A stretch of 64,000 nt of DNA from an archaeon. Lineage in GTDB: Archaea > Iainarchaeota > Iainarchaeia > Iainarchaeales > 1-14-0-10-31-34. Numbering within the stretch: the stretch's first letter is position 1; every line of letters starts with the position of its first letter. Positions 47,276 through 56,979 of this stretch are shown here, piece after piece. The stretch lies in NCBI GenBank assembly GCA_043819075.1, contig JBDRFE010000002.1, positions 82,653 to 146,652 on the forward strand, in the 5' to 3' direction. The notes under the pieces were generated by a model. The model did no database searches. It had not been told where the DNA came from and saw only the letters and a list, made by a program, of their open reading frames with translations. The position numbers and the translations under genes are program-made.

Positions 47276-48838
47276 ATGAGCTTAAAGGATTATTCAAGGG
47301 AAATAATTGAACTTATTTTGTCAGGCAAAATCTCTTCCAAAGAAGAGCTTGATAAAATTAAATTAAAGACTGCGAGAAAGCATTTTTTAGAGGTTTTTCC
47401 ATCCAACCCAGACATTATTTGTTTTGCTTCAGCGAAAGAAAGGCAGAACAAAAAACTGGACTTGCTTTCAATTAAGCCTATCCGTTCATTAAGCGGAATT
47501 GTTTCTGTTGCAATAATGCCAAAGCCTTTGCCTTGCCCTGGCAAATGCATTTACTGTCCTTCAAGCCTTTTGCCTGATGTAATCACCCCAAAAAGTTATA
47601 CTGGAAGAGAGCCAACCACTATGCGTGCGATTTCAAATGATTTTGATGCAGTGAAACAGATTCAGAACAGGATTTCACAGCTTCAGCTGACAGGCCATTC
47701 AACTGAAAAAATTGAATTAATTGTGATGGGGGGAACATTTCTTTCTGCTCCTTTAAGCTATCAGAAAAAATTCATGCTTGACTGCTTTAATGCAGTGAAC
47801 AATACCACTTCTTTTTCGCTGGAAAAAGCAATAGATAAAGCCCAGCATTCAAAGAACAGGCTGATTGGAATAACTTTTGAGACAAGGCCTGATTTTTGCG
47901 GGAAAAAAGAAATAAATAATCTGCTTTCTTTTGGCGCTACAAGAGTTGAATTAGGAGTTCAGACTTTAGACGACAAAATATATGAAAAAATAAAGAGAGG
48001 CCATAAGGTTTCAGATGTAATTAATTCAACTTCTCTTTTAAGGGATTCTTGTTTTAAGTTTGCTTATCATTTAATGCCTGGCCTGCCCGGTTCCACTCCA
48101 AAAGAAGATTTAAGGGTTTTCAAAAAAGTTTTTTCTGACCCTTGTTTTAAGCCTGATATGCTGAAAATTTATCCCTGTCTTGTAATAAAAGGAACAGAAT
48201 TGTATGAAGACTGGAAGAAAGGAAACTTTGAGCCTTATTCAACTCAAAAAGCAGCTAAATTAATTGCCAGAATGAAGTCTTTTGTCCCTGAATGGGTTAG
48301 GATTATGAGAATCCAGCGAGACATTCCTTCAACTGTTGTTTCGGGTGGAGTAAAACACACTAATTTAAGGCAGCTGATTGAAGTGGAAATGAAAAAGCAT
48401 GGCTGGAAATGCAGTTGCATTAGGTGCAGGGAAATTGGCAGGGCAAAAGAAAAAATTTCTAAGCCGGAACTTGTGGTGCAGGAATATGATGCTTCTAACG
48501 GGAAAGAATTTTTTATTTCAATAAAAGACAAAAACTCTTTGTATGGCTTTTGCAGGCTGCGTTTTCCTTTCAGTCCTTTCAGAAAAGAATTAACCAACAA
48601 AACTGCGTTGTTAAGGGAACTGCATGTTTATTCAAAGGCACTGGCTTTAAGCGAGCTTCCAGAAGAAAACGAGTTCCAGCACAAGGGTTTTGGAAAAACT
48701 CTTTTGGCTAAAGCAGAAGAAATTGCTTTGAATGCAGGATACAATAAGCTGGCAGTAATTTCTGGCGTTGGCGCAAGAGAATACTATTGGAAGCTTGGCT
48801 ACAAAAATGACGGGCCTTTTGTTTCAAAATTACTGTAA
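47276..48838 (+). CDS. elp3: Elp3 tRNA U34 carboxymethylation enzyme (radical SAM + KAT)
   Basis: CPGKCIYCP, KSYTGREP, ETRPD, RIQRDIP, RELHVY, QHKGFG. Confidence 0.96.
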   Translation: MSLKDYSREIIELILSGKISSKEELDKIKLKTARKHFLEVFPSNPDIICFASAKERQNKKLDLLSIKPIRSLSGIVSVAIMPKPLPCPGKCIYCPSSLLPDVITPKSYTGREPTTMRAISNDFDAVKQIQNRISQLQLTGHSTEKIELIVMGGTFLSAPLSYQKKFMLDCFNAVNNTTSFSLEKAIDKAQHSKNRLIGITFETRPDFCGKKEINNLLSFGATRVELGVQTLDDKIYEKIKRGHKVSDVINSTSLLRDSCFKFAYHLMPGLPGSTPKEDLRVFKKVFSDPCFKPDMLKIYPCLVIKGTELYEDWKKGNFEPYSTQKAAKLIARMKSFVPEWVRIMRIQRDIPSTVVSGGVKHTNLRQLIEVEMKKHGWKCSCIRCREIGRAKEKISKPELVVQEYDASNGKEFFISIKDKNSLYGFCRLRFPFSPFRKELTNKTALLRELHVYSKALALSELPEENEFQHKGFGKTLLAKAEEIALNAGYNKLAVISGVGAREYYWKLGYKNDGPFVSKLL

Positions 48839-48886
48839 GACTGCATTTGTTTTTATTTTCTTTCCCTCTAATTTTTTCTGGTTGAA

Positions 48887-49249
48887 ATGATTGAATTAAT
48901 TTTGTTTTCCCTGGTTTTAATTTTTGGCGCAATATCTTATTTCCTTTATTTAAAATACGCTGAACTTAAAAGTGATTTTAATGAACTTTCTTTTTCAAAG
49001 AAATCCCAGAGCGTTAAATACGGTAAGCTGACAGAGCAGTGGATTCCTTTTTCAGCTGAGTTTCCGTTTGATTCAGCTTCTTTTCGTTTTCTTGGGAATC
49101 CGGTTGACGGAATTGCTTTTACAGATAATTCAGTTGTTTTCTGCGAGTTCAAGTCAAACAAATCTGGTTTGTCCGAAAAACAGAAGAAAATAAAACAGCT
49201 TGTTCTTGAAAAAAAAGTTGAATGGCTTGAAATGCATTTAAAGAATTAA
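48887..49249 (+). CDS. Membrane-anchored Holliday-junction-resolvase-like endonuclease
   Basis: N-terminal TM; G.L.EQ..PF, RFLGNPVDGIAF, F.EFKS (PD-D/ExK). Confidence 0.8.
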   Translation: MIELILFSLVLIFGAISYFLYLKYAELKSDFNELSFSKKSQSVKYGKLTEQWIPFSAEFPFDSASFRFLGNPVDGIAFTDNSVVFCEFKSNKSGLSEKQKKIKQLVLEKKVEWLEMHLKN

Positions 49250-49941
49250 AGGAACCTGTGGAATAATTTAATTAAATTTATGCTTGGGGAAAACCCGAAG
49301 TAGCCGATTAATGCAGCAAGTATTATCACTGACCTTATCAGGACTGTCTGTATTTCAGTGTTTCCAAGAAGGTCAAGATATCCTGCAAGAAAAAACAATC
49401 CCATTGAAACTGCAACTGAATTGAACTGAATAAAAGTGCTTGTTTTTTTTGACCTGAACGCAGTTAATGCAAGTAACATAACCATTGTAAAACACGAATA
49501 CCCTAAATACTGGATTAATGTTATTGCTTCACTGCTTTGGGAATAGTATTTTACTGTCCATCCGATTACAGGCCCAGTAATTGGTGTTAAAACAATAAAA
49601 TAAATGTATAAAATTCCAAGCAAGCCAAGAATTGCCGGCAGTACTAAAATCGTTTTTCCTTTAAATGAAATCGCGCTCAAAAACAATGCAAGGCATACAA
49701 CCGGAATTACTGCAAGGCTGATTGTAATCAAAAAACTCAGTCTTGAAAGCCAGATTGAAGTGAACATCCCGCTTAAGTCAGTTAATCCTGCAAAAAAGTA
49801 TATTCCTGCAACTCCAAGCCAAAAAGTTCCGAATGCAAGATTCAATAAATTGCTTCTGTTTGGCTTTATTTTTTTTATCAGCAGAATGCTTACTATTACT
49901 ATGATTGCATCAACTATTGTGCTTGCTATTACCTGAATCAT
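49246..49941 (-). CDS. Multi-pass membrane protein (about 7 TM)
   Basis: Hydrophobic segments throughout. Confidence 0.65.
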   Translation of the reverse strand: MIQVIASTIVDAIIVIVSILLIKKIKPNRSNLLNLAFGTFWLGVAGIYFFAGLTDLSGMFTSIWLSRLSFLITISLAVIPVVCLALFLSAISFKGKTILVLPAILGLLGILYIYFIVLTPITGPVIGWTVKYYSQSSEAITLIQYLGYSCFTMVMLLALTAFRSKKTSTFIQFNSVAVSMGLFFLAGYLDLLGNTEIQTVLIRSVIILAALIGYFGFSPSINLIKLFHRFL

Positions 49942-50327
49942 TTTTTTGCCTCGTCAAAGAATTCTTCTGTCTGCTGGTTCTGCATTCTTTCTTTTACCAG
50001 GCTCATGAAATCGCTTTCCTTGTATAATTCTTCTAAGTGCATTGAAGCCCTTGCAAAACAGAATGCTGCAAAGATAATAAATGTATAAAGCAGGTAGTCA
50101 AGCAATTCGCCTTGAATGAATCCGGTTACTTCAAGCAAAAAATGAAGCACAAAGTCAACTGCAATAAGGAAAATCCCTGTTGCAAGCCATTCAACAAAGC
50201 TTGTGAGGTTTTTGTCAACAAAATCTTTTTTTGCTTTCCACATCCAGTAAGATGAAACAACTATTGAAAGCATTGTAATGGTGAGCAGCAGCAAATGCAT
50301 TTCTGTTATCGGAAAAACTAATGCCAT
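49938..50327 (-). CDS. Three-TM membrane protein
   Basis: Hydrophobic segments; ATGA overlap with next gene. Confidence 0.65.
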   Translation of the reverse strand: MALVFPITEMHLLLLTITMLSIVVSSYWMWKAKKDFVDKNLTSFVEWLATGIFLIAVDFVLHFLLEVTGFIQGELLDYLLYTFIIFAAFCFARASMHLEELYKESDFMSLVKERMQNQQTEEFFDEAKK

Positions 50328-50365
50328 TAGAATATTACGTTTTTTCTGCTTTTATATTTTTTCTT

Positions 50366-51403
50366 TTAGCCCCTGAACCTTAATACCGCGATTATGCCCC
50401 CAAAACCGTTCAAATATTCTCCTGCTTCGTGTTCTGAAGAGAAAAGCATTACTTTTCCGTTGAATGATTCAACTTTTTCCATTAACCCCTGTATTTCTTG
50501 TCTTTCCTCAAAAAATTTTTTGTCTGAGACAATGAGTTCTTCTATTGCGCCTTTTTCTGCTGCCTGTTTTATTTCTTTTAAGCCGTATTCTATTAAAGAA
50601 TTTTCTTTTCTTGCTTCAAGCATTATTTCCTGCATTTTTTTGCTTTCTTTTATTAAAATGCTTTCAAACAAAATTTTTTCTATTACTCCGTTTTTCATTA
50701 ATTCATTTAATCCGGTTTTTCCGACTGAATTCGTGTTTTCAAAAACTGCATTCAGTTTAATGCCTTTTTTTTCAAGGAATTTTTTGTAATCGTCTTTGGT
50801 GAATCCAGGCCCTGCAATAAGGGTTTTTTCTGTTTTTTCCCCGCTTACTTTTTTTGTTATTTCTTCAAAGTATTTGTTTTCTTTTGTTTTTTCTTCTTTG
50901 AATCTTTTTCCCTGTTTTCCAGACTTTATTGTTGTTTTTATTTTAATTCCTTTTTCTGTTGCCTGAGCTATTACTGCTTCTTCATCGTCTAATACAATTA
51001 AAAGCAGGTTGTTTCTTCCGGTGTTTTTCACTGCTTTTTCTATTAAGTCCAGCTGGAATTCTTTTATCTTGTTTTTCTTTATCCCTATTTTGTCTTTTGT
51101 TCCTGTTTCAATTGAATGGAATGCATTTGCTTCAAAAAATTCCATTGGCTTCATTGCTTTCATTGGGCCTGAAACCCTTAACTTTTTATAGCTTTCATGG
51201 AATTCAATTTTTTCTGCCTGAACTTCAATCCAGATAACAATTTTTTCTGCTTTTCTTCCGTCTTCTGCTTTAATCTTTCTTTCAGAGCTGCCGCTGACTA
51301 AATCCCCTTTCTCTATTATTCTCTGCAGATACCATAAATCGTCTGTTGTTTCAGGGACTAATTCCAGAAAACCATTTTTTAAGTCAACTTTAATTCTTTT
51401 CAT
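50366..51403 (-). CDS. pelA: Pelota (Dom34) ribosome rescue factor
   Basis: PETTDDLWYL..II..GD.V, LRVSG, AGPGFTK, HEAGEYL.GFGGI.A.LRF. Confidence 0.95.
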   Translation of the reverse strand: MKRIKVDLKNGFLELVPETTDDLWYLQRIIEKGDLVSGSSERKIKAEDGRKAEKIVIWIEVQAEKIEFHESYKKLRVSGPMKAMKPMEFFEANAFHSIETGTKDKIGIKKNKIKEFQLDLIEKAVKNTGRNNLLLIVLDDEEAVIAQATEKGIKIKTTIKSGKQGKRFKEEKTKENKYFEEITKKVSGEKTEKTLIAGPGFTKDDYKKFLEKKGIKLNAVFENTNSVGKTGLNELMKNGVIEKILFESILIKESKKMQEIMLEARKENSLIEYGLKEIKQAAEKGAIEELIVSDKKFFEERQEIQGLMEKVESFNGKVMLFSSEHEAGEYLNGFGGIIAVLRFRG

Positions 51404-51455
51404 ATTAATTCAGTGCCTAAAATTCTTTTTAATTGTTTTCAATTCTATTAATATT

Positions 51456-53231
51456 ATGTCTTTAAAGAAAAGGATTGCAGTACTTGATTTTGATAAATGC
51501 CATCCGCCTGAATGCGGCAATTTTTTGTGTATTAGGGTCTGCCCTGTTAACAGGAACAGCAAGGAATGCATTTCAGAAAACAAGGTGTTTCACAGGCCTG
51601 AAATTTCAGAGGAATTATGCATTGGCTGCCAGATTTGTGTGGTTAAATGCCCTTTTAATGCAATTTCAATTATAAACAAGCCGGCTGAATTAGATGAGCC
51701 AATTCATCAGTTTGGAAAAAATTCTTTCAGGCTTTATAATCTTCCTTTTCCAAAAGAATCAACTGTTGTAGGCTTAATCGGAAAAAATGGAATAGGAAAA
51801 TCAACTGTCCTTAAAATTCTTTCAAATGAAATTATCCCAAATTTAGGTAATTTCAGTGAAGCACCTTCTTTTGAAAAACTTGCCCAAAAATTCAAGGGAA
51901 AGCAGTTAATGAATTTTTTTTCTAAAATAAAGGAAAAAGAGGCAAGGCTTTCGTTTAAGCCCCAGAGAATTGAATTGCTTCCGAAAAAAGTGAAAGGAAA
52001 AGTAATTGACTTGCTGAAAAAAGCCGATGAAATGAATTTTTTTGATAAAGCAGTTGAATTGCTTGACTTAAAGGAAATTCTTGGAAAAAACATTGAAACT
52101 CTTTCCGGCGGAGAACTCCAGAGAGTTGCAATTGCCGCTGTTTCAATGAAGAATACAGACTACTATTTTTTTGATGAGCCTTCTTCTTTTCTTGACATAA
52201 AGCAGAGGCTTAAAATGTCTAAAATAATTCATTCACTTTCTGGTTCAGGGAAAAGCGTTATGCTCATAGAGCATGACCTTGCCGTGCTGGATTATTTGTC
52301 TGATTACATTCATGTTTTTTATGGTGCTCCAGGAGTTTATGGGGTTGTCAGTTCAGTTAAGAGCTCTAAGAACGGCATAAACGAATTTCTTGCAGGCTAT
52401 TTAAAAGACGAAAACATGAAGTTCAGGTCCAAAGAATTAAGTTTTGAGGTAAAGCCGCCTGCAAAAAGCATGAAAACAAGGACTTTAATTGAATATCCTT
52501 TGCTTGAAAAAAAGTTTCCTGGTTTTAAATTAAAAATCCAGTCAGGTTCGCTGAAACAAGGAGAAGTAATCGGCATTGTAGGGGGAAATGCCTTGGGCAA
52601 AACAACTTTTGTGAGAATGCTTGCAGGAGAAATAAAGCCTGACAACACTGAACTGAATTTTAATTCAAGGATTTCTTTTAAGCCCCAGCAGCTTAAATCC
52701 GGAAAAGGAACTGTAAGGCAGCTGTTTTCTTTGCCTGAAATTAACAGGGAAATTTTTTCCTCTGAGTTTGAGAAAAAGCTTTCTTTAAATTCTTTAATGG
52801 ATTCAGAATTGAGTAAGTTAAGCGGCGGGGAACTGCAAAAAGTTGCGGTTGCTTTTTGTTTAAGCAGAGAAGCAGACATTTTTTTGCTGGACGAGCCATC
52901 TGCTTTTGTTGACGTTGAAGACAGGCTGAAAATTGCTGAAGCAATAAGAAGCATTACGGAAAAAACCGGAAAAATTTCTTTGGTTGTAGACCATGACGTT
53001 TTATTCGTTGATTATGTTTCTGACAGGCTGATTGTCTTTAATGGAACTGCATCTGTTTCAGGGAAAGCAGATTCTCCAGAAGAAATGCGTTCCGGCATGA
53101 ATTCTTTTTTAAAGGAAATGGATATTACTTTCAGGCGCGACCCTGAAACAGGCAGGCCAAGGGCAAACAAGCTGAATTCAATCAAAGACAAAGAACAAAA
53201 ACAGAAAAACGAGTACTATTATTCAGTTTAA
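51456..53231 (+). CDS. rli1: ABCE1/Rli1 ribosome recycling ATPase
   Basis: Two Fe-S Cys clusters, two ABC domains (LSGGELQ), TFRRD...GRPRANK. Confidence 0.97.
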   Translation: MSLKKRIAVLDFDKCHPPECGNFLCIRVCPVNRNSKECISENKVFHRPEISEELCIGCQICVVKCPFNAISIINKPAELDEPIHQFGKNSFRLYNLPFPKESTVVGLIGKNGIGKSTVLKILSNEIIPNLGNFSEAPSFEKLAQKFKGKQLMNFFSKIKEKEARLSFKPQRIELLPKKVKGKVIDLLKKADEMNFFDKAVELLDLKEILGKNIETLSGGELQRVAIAAVSMKNTDYYFFDEPSSFLDIKQRLKMSKIIHSLSGSGKSVMLIEHDLAVLDYLSDYIHVFYGAPGVYGVVSSVKSSKNGINEFLAGYLKDENMKFRSKELSFEVKPPAKSMKTRTLIEYPLLEKKFPGFKLKIQSGSLKQGEVIGIVGGNALGKTTFVRMLAGEIKPDNTELNFNSRISFKPQQLKSGKGTVRQLFSLPEINREIFSSEFEKKLSLNSLMDSELSKLSGGELQKVAVAFCLSREADIFLLDEPSAFVDVEDRLKIAEAIRSITEKTGKISLVVDHDVLFVDYVSDRLIVFNGTASVSGKADSPEEMRSGMNSFLKEMDITFRRDPETGRPRANKLNSIKDKEQKQKNEYYYSV

Positions 53232-53444
53232 CTTTTTTTCTAATTCAAGGGTTTTTTCTGGCAAATCCTTTAAAGAAATTTTTTCTGTTGTTGGCTCGCT
53301 TGTAAAAACTTTTTTTTCACTGAATTCAACCACATTAGCTGTTTGGTAATTGTTTTTTTCAAGGAATGCGCCGAAAGCAATCACTATAACAGCTATAATG
53401 AATACTGCTTCTACTGCCAGAATAACTCTTGTTTTTTCCTGCAT
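53223..53444 (-). CDS. Small single-TM protein
   Basis: N-terminal hydrophobic helix. Confidence 0.55.
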   Translation of the reverse strand: MQEKTRVILAVEAVFIIAVIVIAFGAFLEKNNYQTANVVEFSEKKVFTSEPTTEKISLKDLPEKTLELEKKLN

Positions 53445-53541
53445 AAAAAAACCCTGTTTGATGTTTTTAACTGGCTATTTTTTTTGTTAGCCCTTTTCCT
53501 AACTTTTTTAAACTCTTTTCCATTCAATTGTTTTGGTTTAC

Positions 53542-54945
53542 ATGGGTTCTGTTTCTGGTGTGGTTTCAAAAAAAAACGAGGACGTATTTGAGCACTTAAT
53601 GGAATTGCTGTTTGATTTAAGGCACCGCGGAAAAGATTCTTTTGGCGTAATGGTTAACAGCCAGACAAAAATTTCTTTTTCGCTTCAGTCTTTAAGAAAA
53701 ACTTTCATTAAAGGCTCTATTGGAATAGCGCATTCAAGGCTTGAGATTACAGGAAAACAACCCCAGCCGTTAACTTTTGGAAATTCTTCTGGAATAATTT
53801 TTAACGGCGAAATATACAATTTTTTTGAGTTTTCTTCTTCTGGCTCTGACTCTGTTTTTGTAAGGGATTTTTTTGAAAAAGAATTAAAGAATAATTCAGT
53901 TGAATTTGCTGTAAAAAAATTCATGTCAAAAGCCAATGGAGAATACGCTGTTGCAGTCTTTCATAACAAAAAAATTTTTGTTTTCAGGGACTTGTTTGGA
54001 ATAAAGCCAGTGTGGTTTGGCGAAAACGATTCTTTTATTGCTTTTTCTTCTGAGCCAAAGCCATTAAAAAAAATGAATATTAATTTTCCCCTGCCTTTGC
54101 CTCCTGGAAGCCTTTTAGTTCTCTCTGAAAAAGGGGTTCAGGTAAAAAAAGTTTTTTCTTTTGATTTAATGAAAAAAAGCTGCTCCAAAAAAGCGTCTTT
54201 TTCTGAACTCAAAAAAAGTTTTTTTGAATCTGTTTCCCTGCGCTCAAGAAATCTTGAAAAAACAGGAGTTTTTTTTTCAGGGGGAGTTGATTCAACTTTA
54301 ATTGCAAAAGCTGTTTCATCTTTTGTTCCTAAAACAGAATTATTTACTGCTGGAATGCAGGATTCTCATGACATTGTTTCAGCTGAAAAAGCTGCAGAAG
54401 AGCTTGGATTAAAGCTTCATTTGCGGATAATTGAAGAACATGAATTAAAGGATCTTTCTTTAAAGGCTTTAAGCGTTCTATCTTTTTTTGATGAAATGCA
54501 GCTGCAATTGGCTGTTCCAGAGTATGCTGTTTGCGGGCTTGCATCAAAAAACGGAATGAAAGTAATGTTTTCCGGCCAGGGGTCAGACGAAATTTTTGGC
54601 GGTTACTCTAATTACACTAAAGTCCTTTCTTCTAATGCAAATGTTTCTGATGCAATATGGCATTCAGTGCTGAATTTGTGGAGCAGGAATTTTTACAGGG
54701 AAGATATTATTTCAATGAATTTTTCTTTAGAGCACAGGCTTCCTTTTTTGGACAAGAATTTAGTGTGCACTGCAATGAAAATTCCTGTGAAACAAAAAAT
54801 TTTCGGCCCAAAAGACAAGTTAAGGAAAAGAATTCTGAGAAAGCTTGCATTGGATTCAGGGATTTCAAAAGAAATTTCTTTTAAGCCGAAAAAAGCATTG
54901 CAGTATGGTTCAGGCGTTTCAAGGCATTTAAGCAAATTTTTTTGA
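53542..54945 (+). CDS. Asparagine synthetase B-like protein lacking N-terminal Cys
   Basis: HRG.D, FNGEIYN, RDLFGIKP, SGGVDS, SGQGSDEIFGGY, RLPFLD. Confidence 0.85.
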   Translation: MGSVSGVVSKKNEDVFEHLMELLFDLRHRGKDSFGVMVNSQTKISFSLQSLRKTFIKGSIGIAHSRLEITGKQPQPLTFGNSSGIIFNGEIYNFFEFSSSGSDSVFVRDFFEKELKNNSVEFAVKKFMSKANGEYAVAVFHNKKIFVFRDLFGIKPVWFGENDSFIAFSSEPKPLKKMNINFPLPLPPGSLLVLSEKGVQVKKVFSFDLMKKSCSKKASFSELKKSFFESVSLRSRNLEKTGVFFSGGVDSTLIAKAVSSFVPKTELFTAGMQDSHDIVSAEKAAEELGLKLHLRIIEEHELKDLSLKALSVLSFFDEMQLQLAVPEYAVCGLASKNGMKVMFSGQGSDEIFGGYSNYTKVLSSNANVSDAIWHSVLNLWSRNFYREDIISMNFSLEHRLPFLDKNLVCTAMKIPVKQKIFGPKDKLRKRILRKLALDSGISKEISFKPKKALQYGSGVSRHLSKFF

Positions 54946-54947
54946 TT

Positions 54948-55526
54948 TCAGCTTATTTTTGCAAAAGCATTTACATCAATCATATTTGACTGCTTGTCTA
55001 TTACAAAAATATTGCAGTCAAAATTGTCTGTCCTGTAGTTTGCGTCAACGGTTTTTTCAAACAAAACATTTTTGTCATAAGATATTAATGAATTAATGTC
55101 ATTTCCTATAACAATGCTTTGAATGCATTTTAAATCAAGCCTTACATTAACATCGTAAACATTTCTTTGCCCTACACTGTGAATTGTTTGTACTGGCCCT
55201 GTTTTGCTGACAGAAAAATTTTTTATAATGCAGTCTGATTTCATTAATGCAAGCATGTTATAATCATAGGAATAAATGTTTGTGTCTGGGTTGAATCCTG
55301 AAAGTGAGGTAAGGCATATTGAAGCAAACCCTGAGTCAATTATTGCATCAGAGCTTGCTTTGTCAAGCACTCTTTGTGTGTTCTGCCATTTTTTTACTGT
55401 TGTGCCAAAGCCTTCTTTTTGCGGAAGCAATGCCTGGCTTTTATTGAATGAGCTAACTGTAAACAAGGCTGTTGCCAGCACAAAGACAACCAGCACTCCG
55501 ATTAACACACTATAAAATCCTTTCAT
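54948..55526 (-). CDS. Type IV pilin-like protein
   Basis: Class III signal peptide MKG/FYSVL + hydrophobic stretch. Confidence 0.7.
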   Translation of the reverse strand: MKGFYSVLIGVLVVFVLATALFTVSSFNKSQALLPQKEGFGTTVKKWQNTQRVLDKASSDAIIDSGFASICLTSLSGFNPDTNIYSYDYNMLALMKSDCIIKNFSVSKTGPVQTIHSVGQRNVYDVNVRLDLKCIQSIVIGNDINSLISYDKNVLFEKTVDANYRTDNFDCNIFVIDKQSNMIDVNAFAKIS

Positions 55527-55861
55527 CTTAGTGCCCTCTTTCCCATGCAGTATTTTTGTTCTGATGGTTTTCCCTGGCCGTAAATTCCCCTGAAAGAATA
55601 ATTGTAGTCATATAATACAAAGCATTGAGCGTAATCAAGGTTGTTGAAATCACTGTTGTTTGGGCTTAATCCGACTTGTGATGCTGTGTTTCCAGTGTAA
55701 TAAGCTGTTATTGCCTTGTTCTGGAGTTCTTGTTTTATGAATACAAGGTTTGCTTCGTTTCCTTCTTCTATTGAATAAGGAAAGCTGAGAATTAATGTAA
55801 GAATGATTACTGTTGCAACGCCTATTACTGCGTCTGTGCTGAAAATAAATCCTTTACTCAT
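55523..55861 (-). CDS. Type IV pilin-like protein
   Basis: MSKG/FIFSTDAVI. Confidence 0.75.
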   Translation of the reverse strand: MSKGFIFSTDAVIGVATVIILTLILSFPYSIEEGNEANLVFIKQELQNKAITAYYTGNTASQVGLSPNNSDFNNLDYAQCFVLYDYNYSFRGIYGQGKPSEQKYCMGKRALR

Positions 55862-56495
55862 TTTTCCACACCAAAAATTTTATTGTTGCTGGAAACAAAT
55901 AACAGTTTGCTGCATCGTTTTGCATGCATCTTTCAAGTTCTGTTTTGCTTACTGTAAGTGTTTTTCCTGTTCCAGGAGAAACTTCATTGTGAATTAATAC
56001 ACTCAAGTCTATTGCGTAAACGTTTTTTGCCAGCGCAGGAGGAGACAATTCACAGTCAGTTAACAGCAATGCGTTTCCTGATGGTTTTCCTCCTGTTACT
56101 TTAATATAGCAAGAGTAATTTGCCGGCAACCCTAAAAATTCTTTTAAAATTGGCTTGAACGCTCTTCTGATTTTTCCGTATTTGTCCCAGGTCTTGCATG
56201 CTGAAAGGCTTCCCCCGCAGTTTGCTGTTGGCACAGCCCATTCCGGAATGCAGTTGCTTAAATATGAAAGTATTTTGTTTTCATCCCTGTAGTCAACTAA
56301 TTCGCATGTTGTTCTTGGGCTGTTCACTAAAAGAACTGAAGCTGCTTTTCCAATGGCTTGTGTTTCGTCTTTTAATTCTTTGTCCTTGAAATTATAGTTT
56401 TCTACTTCGCTTAACTGCATTATAATTCCTATTGCCAGTACAACTAATACAAGGGACATTATGAAGTCTAATGAAATCAGCTGGCCTTTTTTCAT
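55854..56495 (-). CDS. Type IV pilin-like protein
   Basis: MKKG/QLISLDFIM. Confidence 0.78.
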   Translation of the reverse strand: MKKGQLISLDFIMSLVLVVLAIGIIMQLSEVENYNFKDKELKDETQAIGKAASVLLVNSPRTTCELVDYRDENKILSYLSNCIPEWAVPTANCGGSLSACKTWDKYGKIRRAFKPILKEFLGLPANYSCYIKVTGGKPSGNALLLTDCELSPPALAKNVYAIDLSVLIHNEVSPGTGKTLTVSKTELERCMQNDAANCYLFPATIKFLVWKNE

Positions 56496-56938
56496 ATTCT
56501 TTCACCCCAACTGTCTCTGTTGGCGTCAACTGTCCTGCCGCACAAGTAATTTAAGTCTGTTGTATTCCTGAAATTAAAGTTTAAGTCTTTTTCAACTGTC
56601 ACTGTATTCATGCCGCCTGAAGCATAGCTTATCCTGATTTTTGTCGGATTAGTTCTTTTGATTGTTATATTGCAGTCCTGGCCTCCTCTTTTTTCTGGGT
56701 CAAAAATATACGGTATCTTGAATCTTACACTGAAGTTGCTGTCCCTGTTTTCATCCAGCATTTTGCTTTGGTTGATTAATTCAATTAAAGTGTTTCCAAT
56801 GTTTTCTTCTTGTGCTTTTACTCCAGTGCTTCTTTCAGAGGAAATCAGTTCTTGTGTGAATGTGCCAAAAACCTGTGCCAATAAAATTGCCACAATAACT
56901 GTTAGCATTAAGTCAAGGCTGATTTGCGCTTTTTTCAT
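56492..56938 (-). CDS. Type IV pilin-like protein
   Basis: MKKA/QISLDLML. Confidence 0.78.
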   Translation of the reverse strand: MKKAQISLDLMLTVIVAILLAQVFGTFTQELISSERSTGVKAQEENIGNTLIELINQSKMLDENRDSNFSVRFKIPYIFDPEKRGGQDCNITIKRTNPTKIRISYASGGMNTVTVEKDLNFNFRNTTDLNYLCGRTVDANRDSWGERI

Positions 56939-56979
56939 CAGATAATTATTATGGTTTAAGAATATTTAAAGCTAATGAA

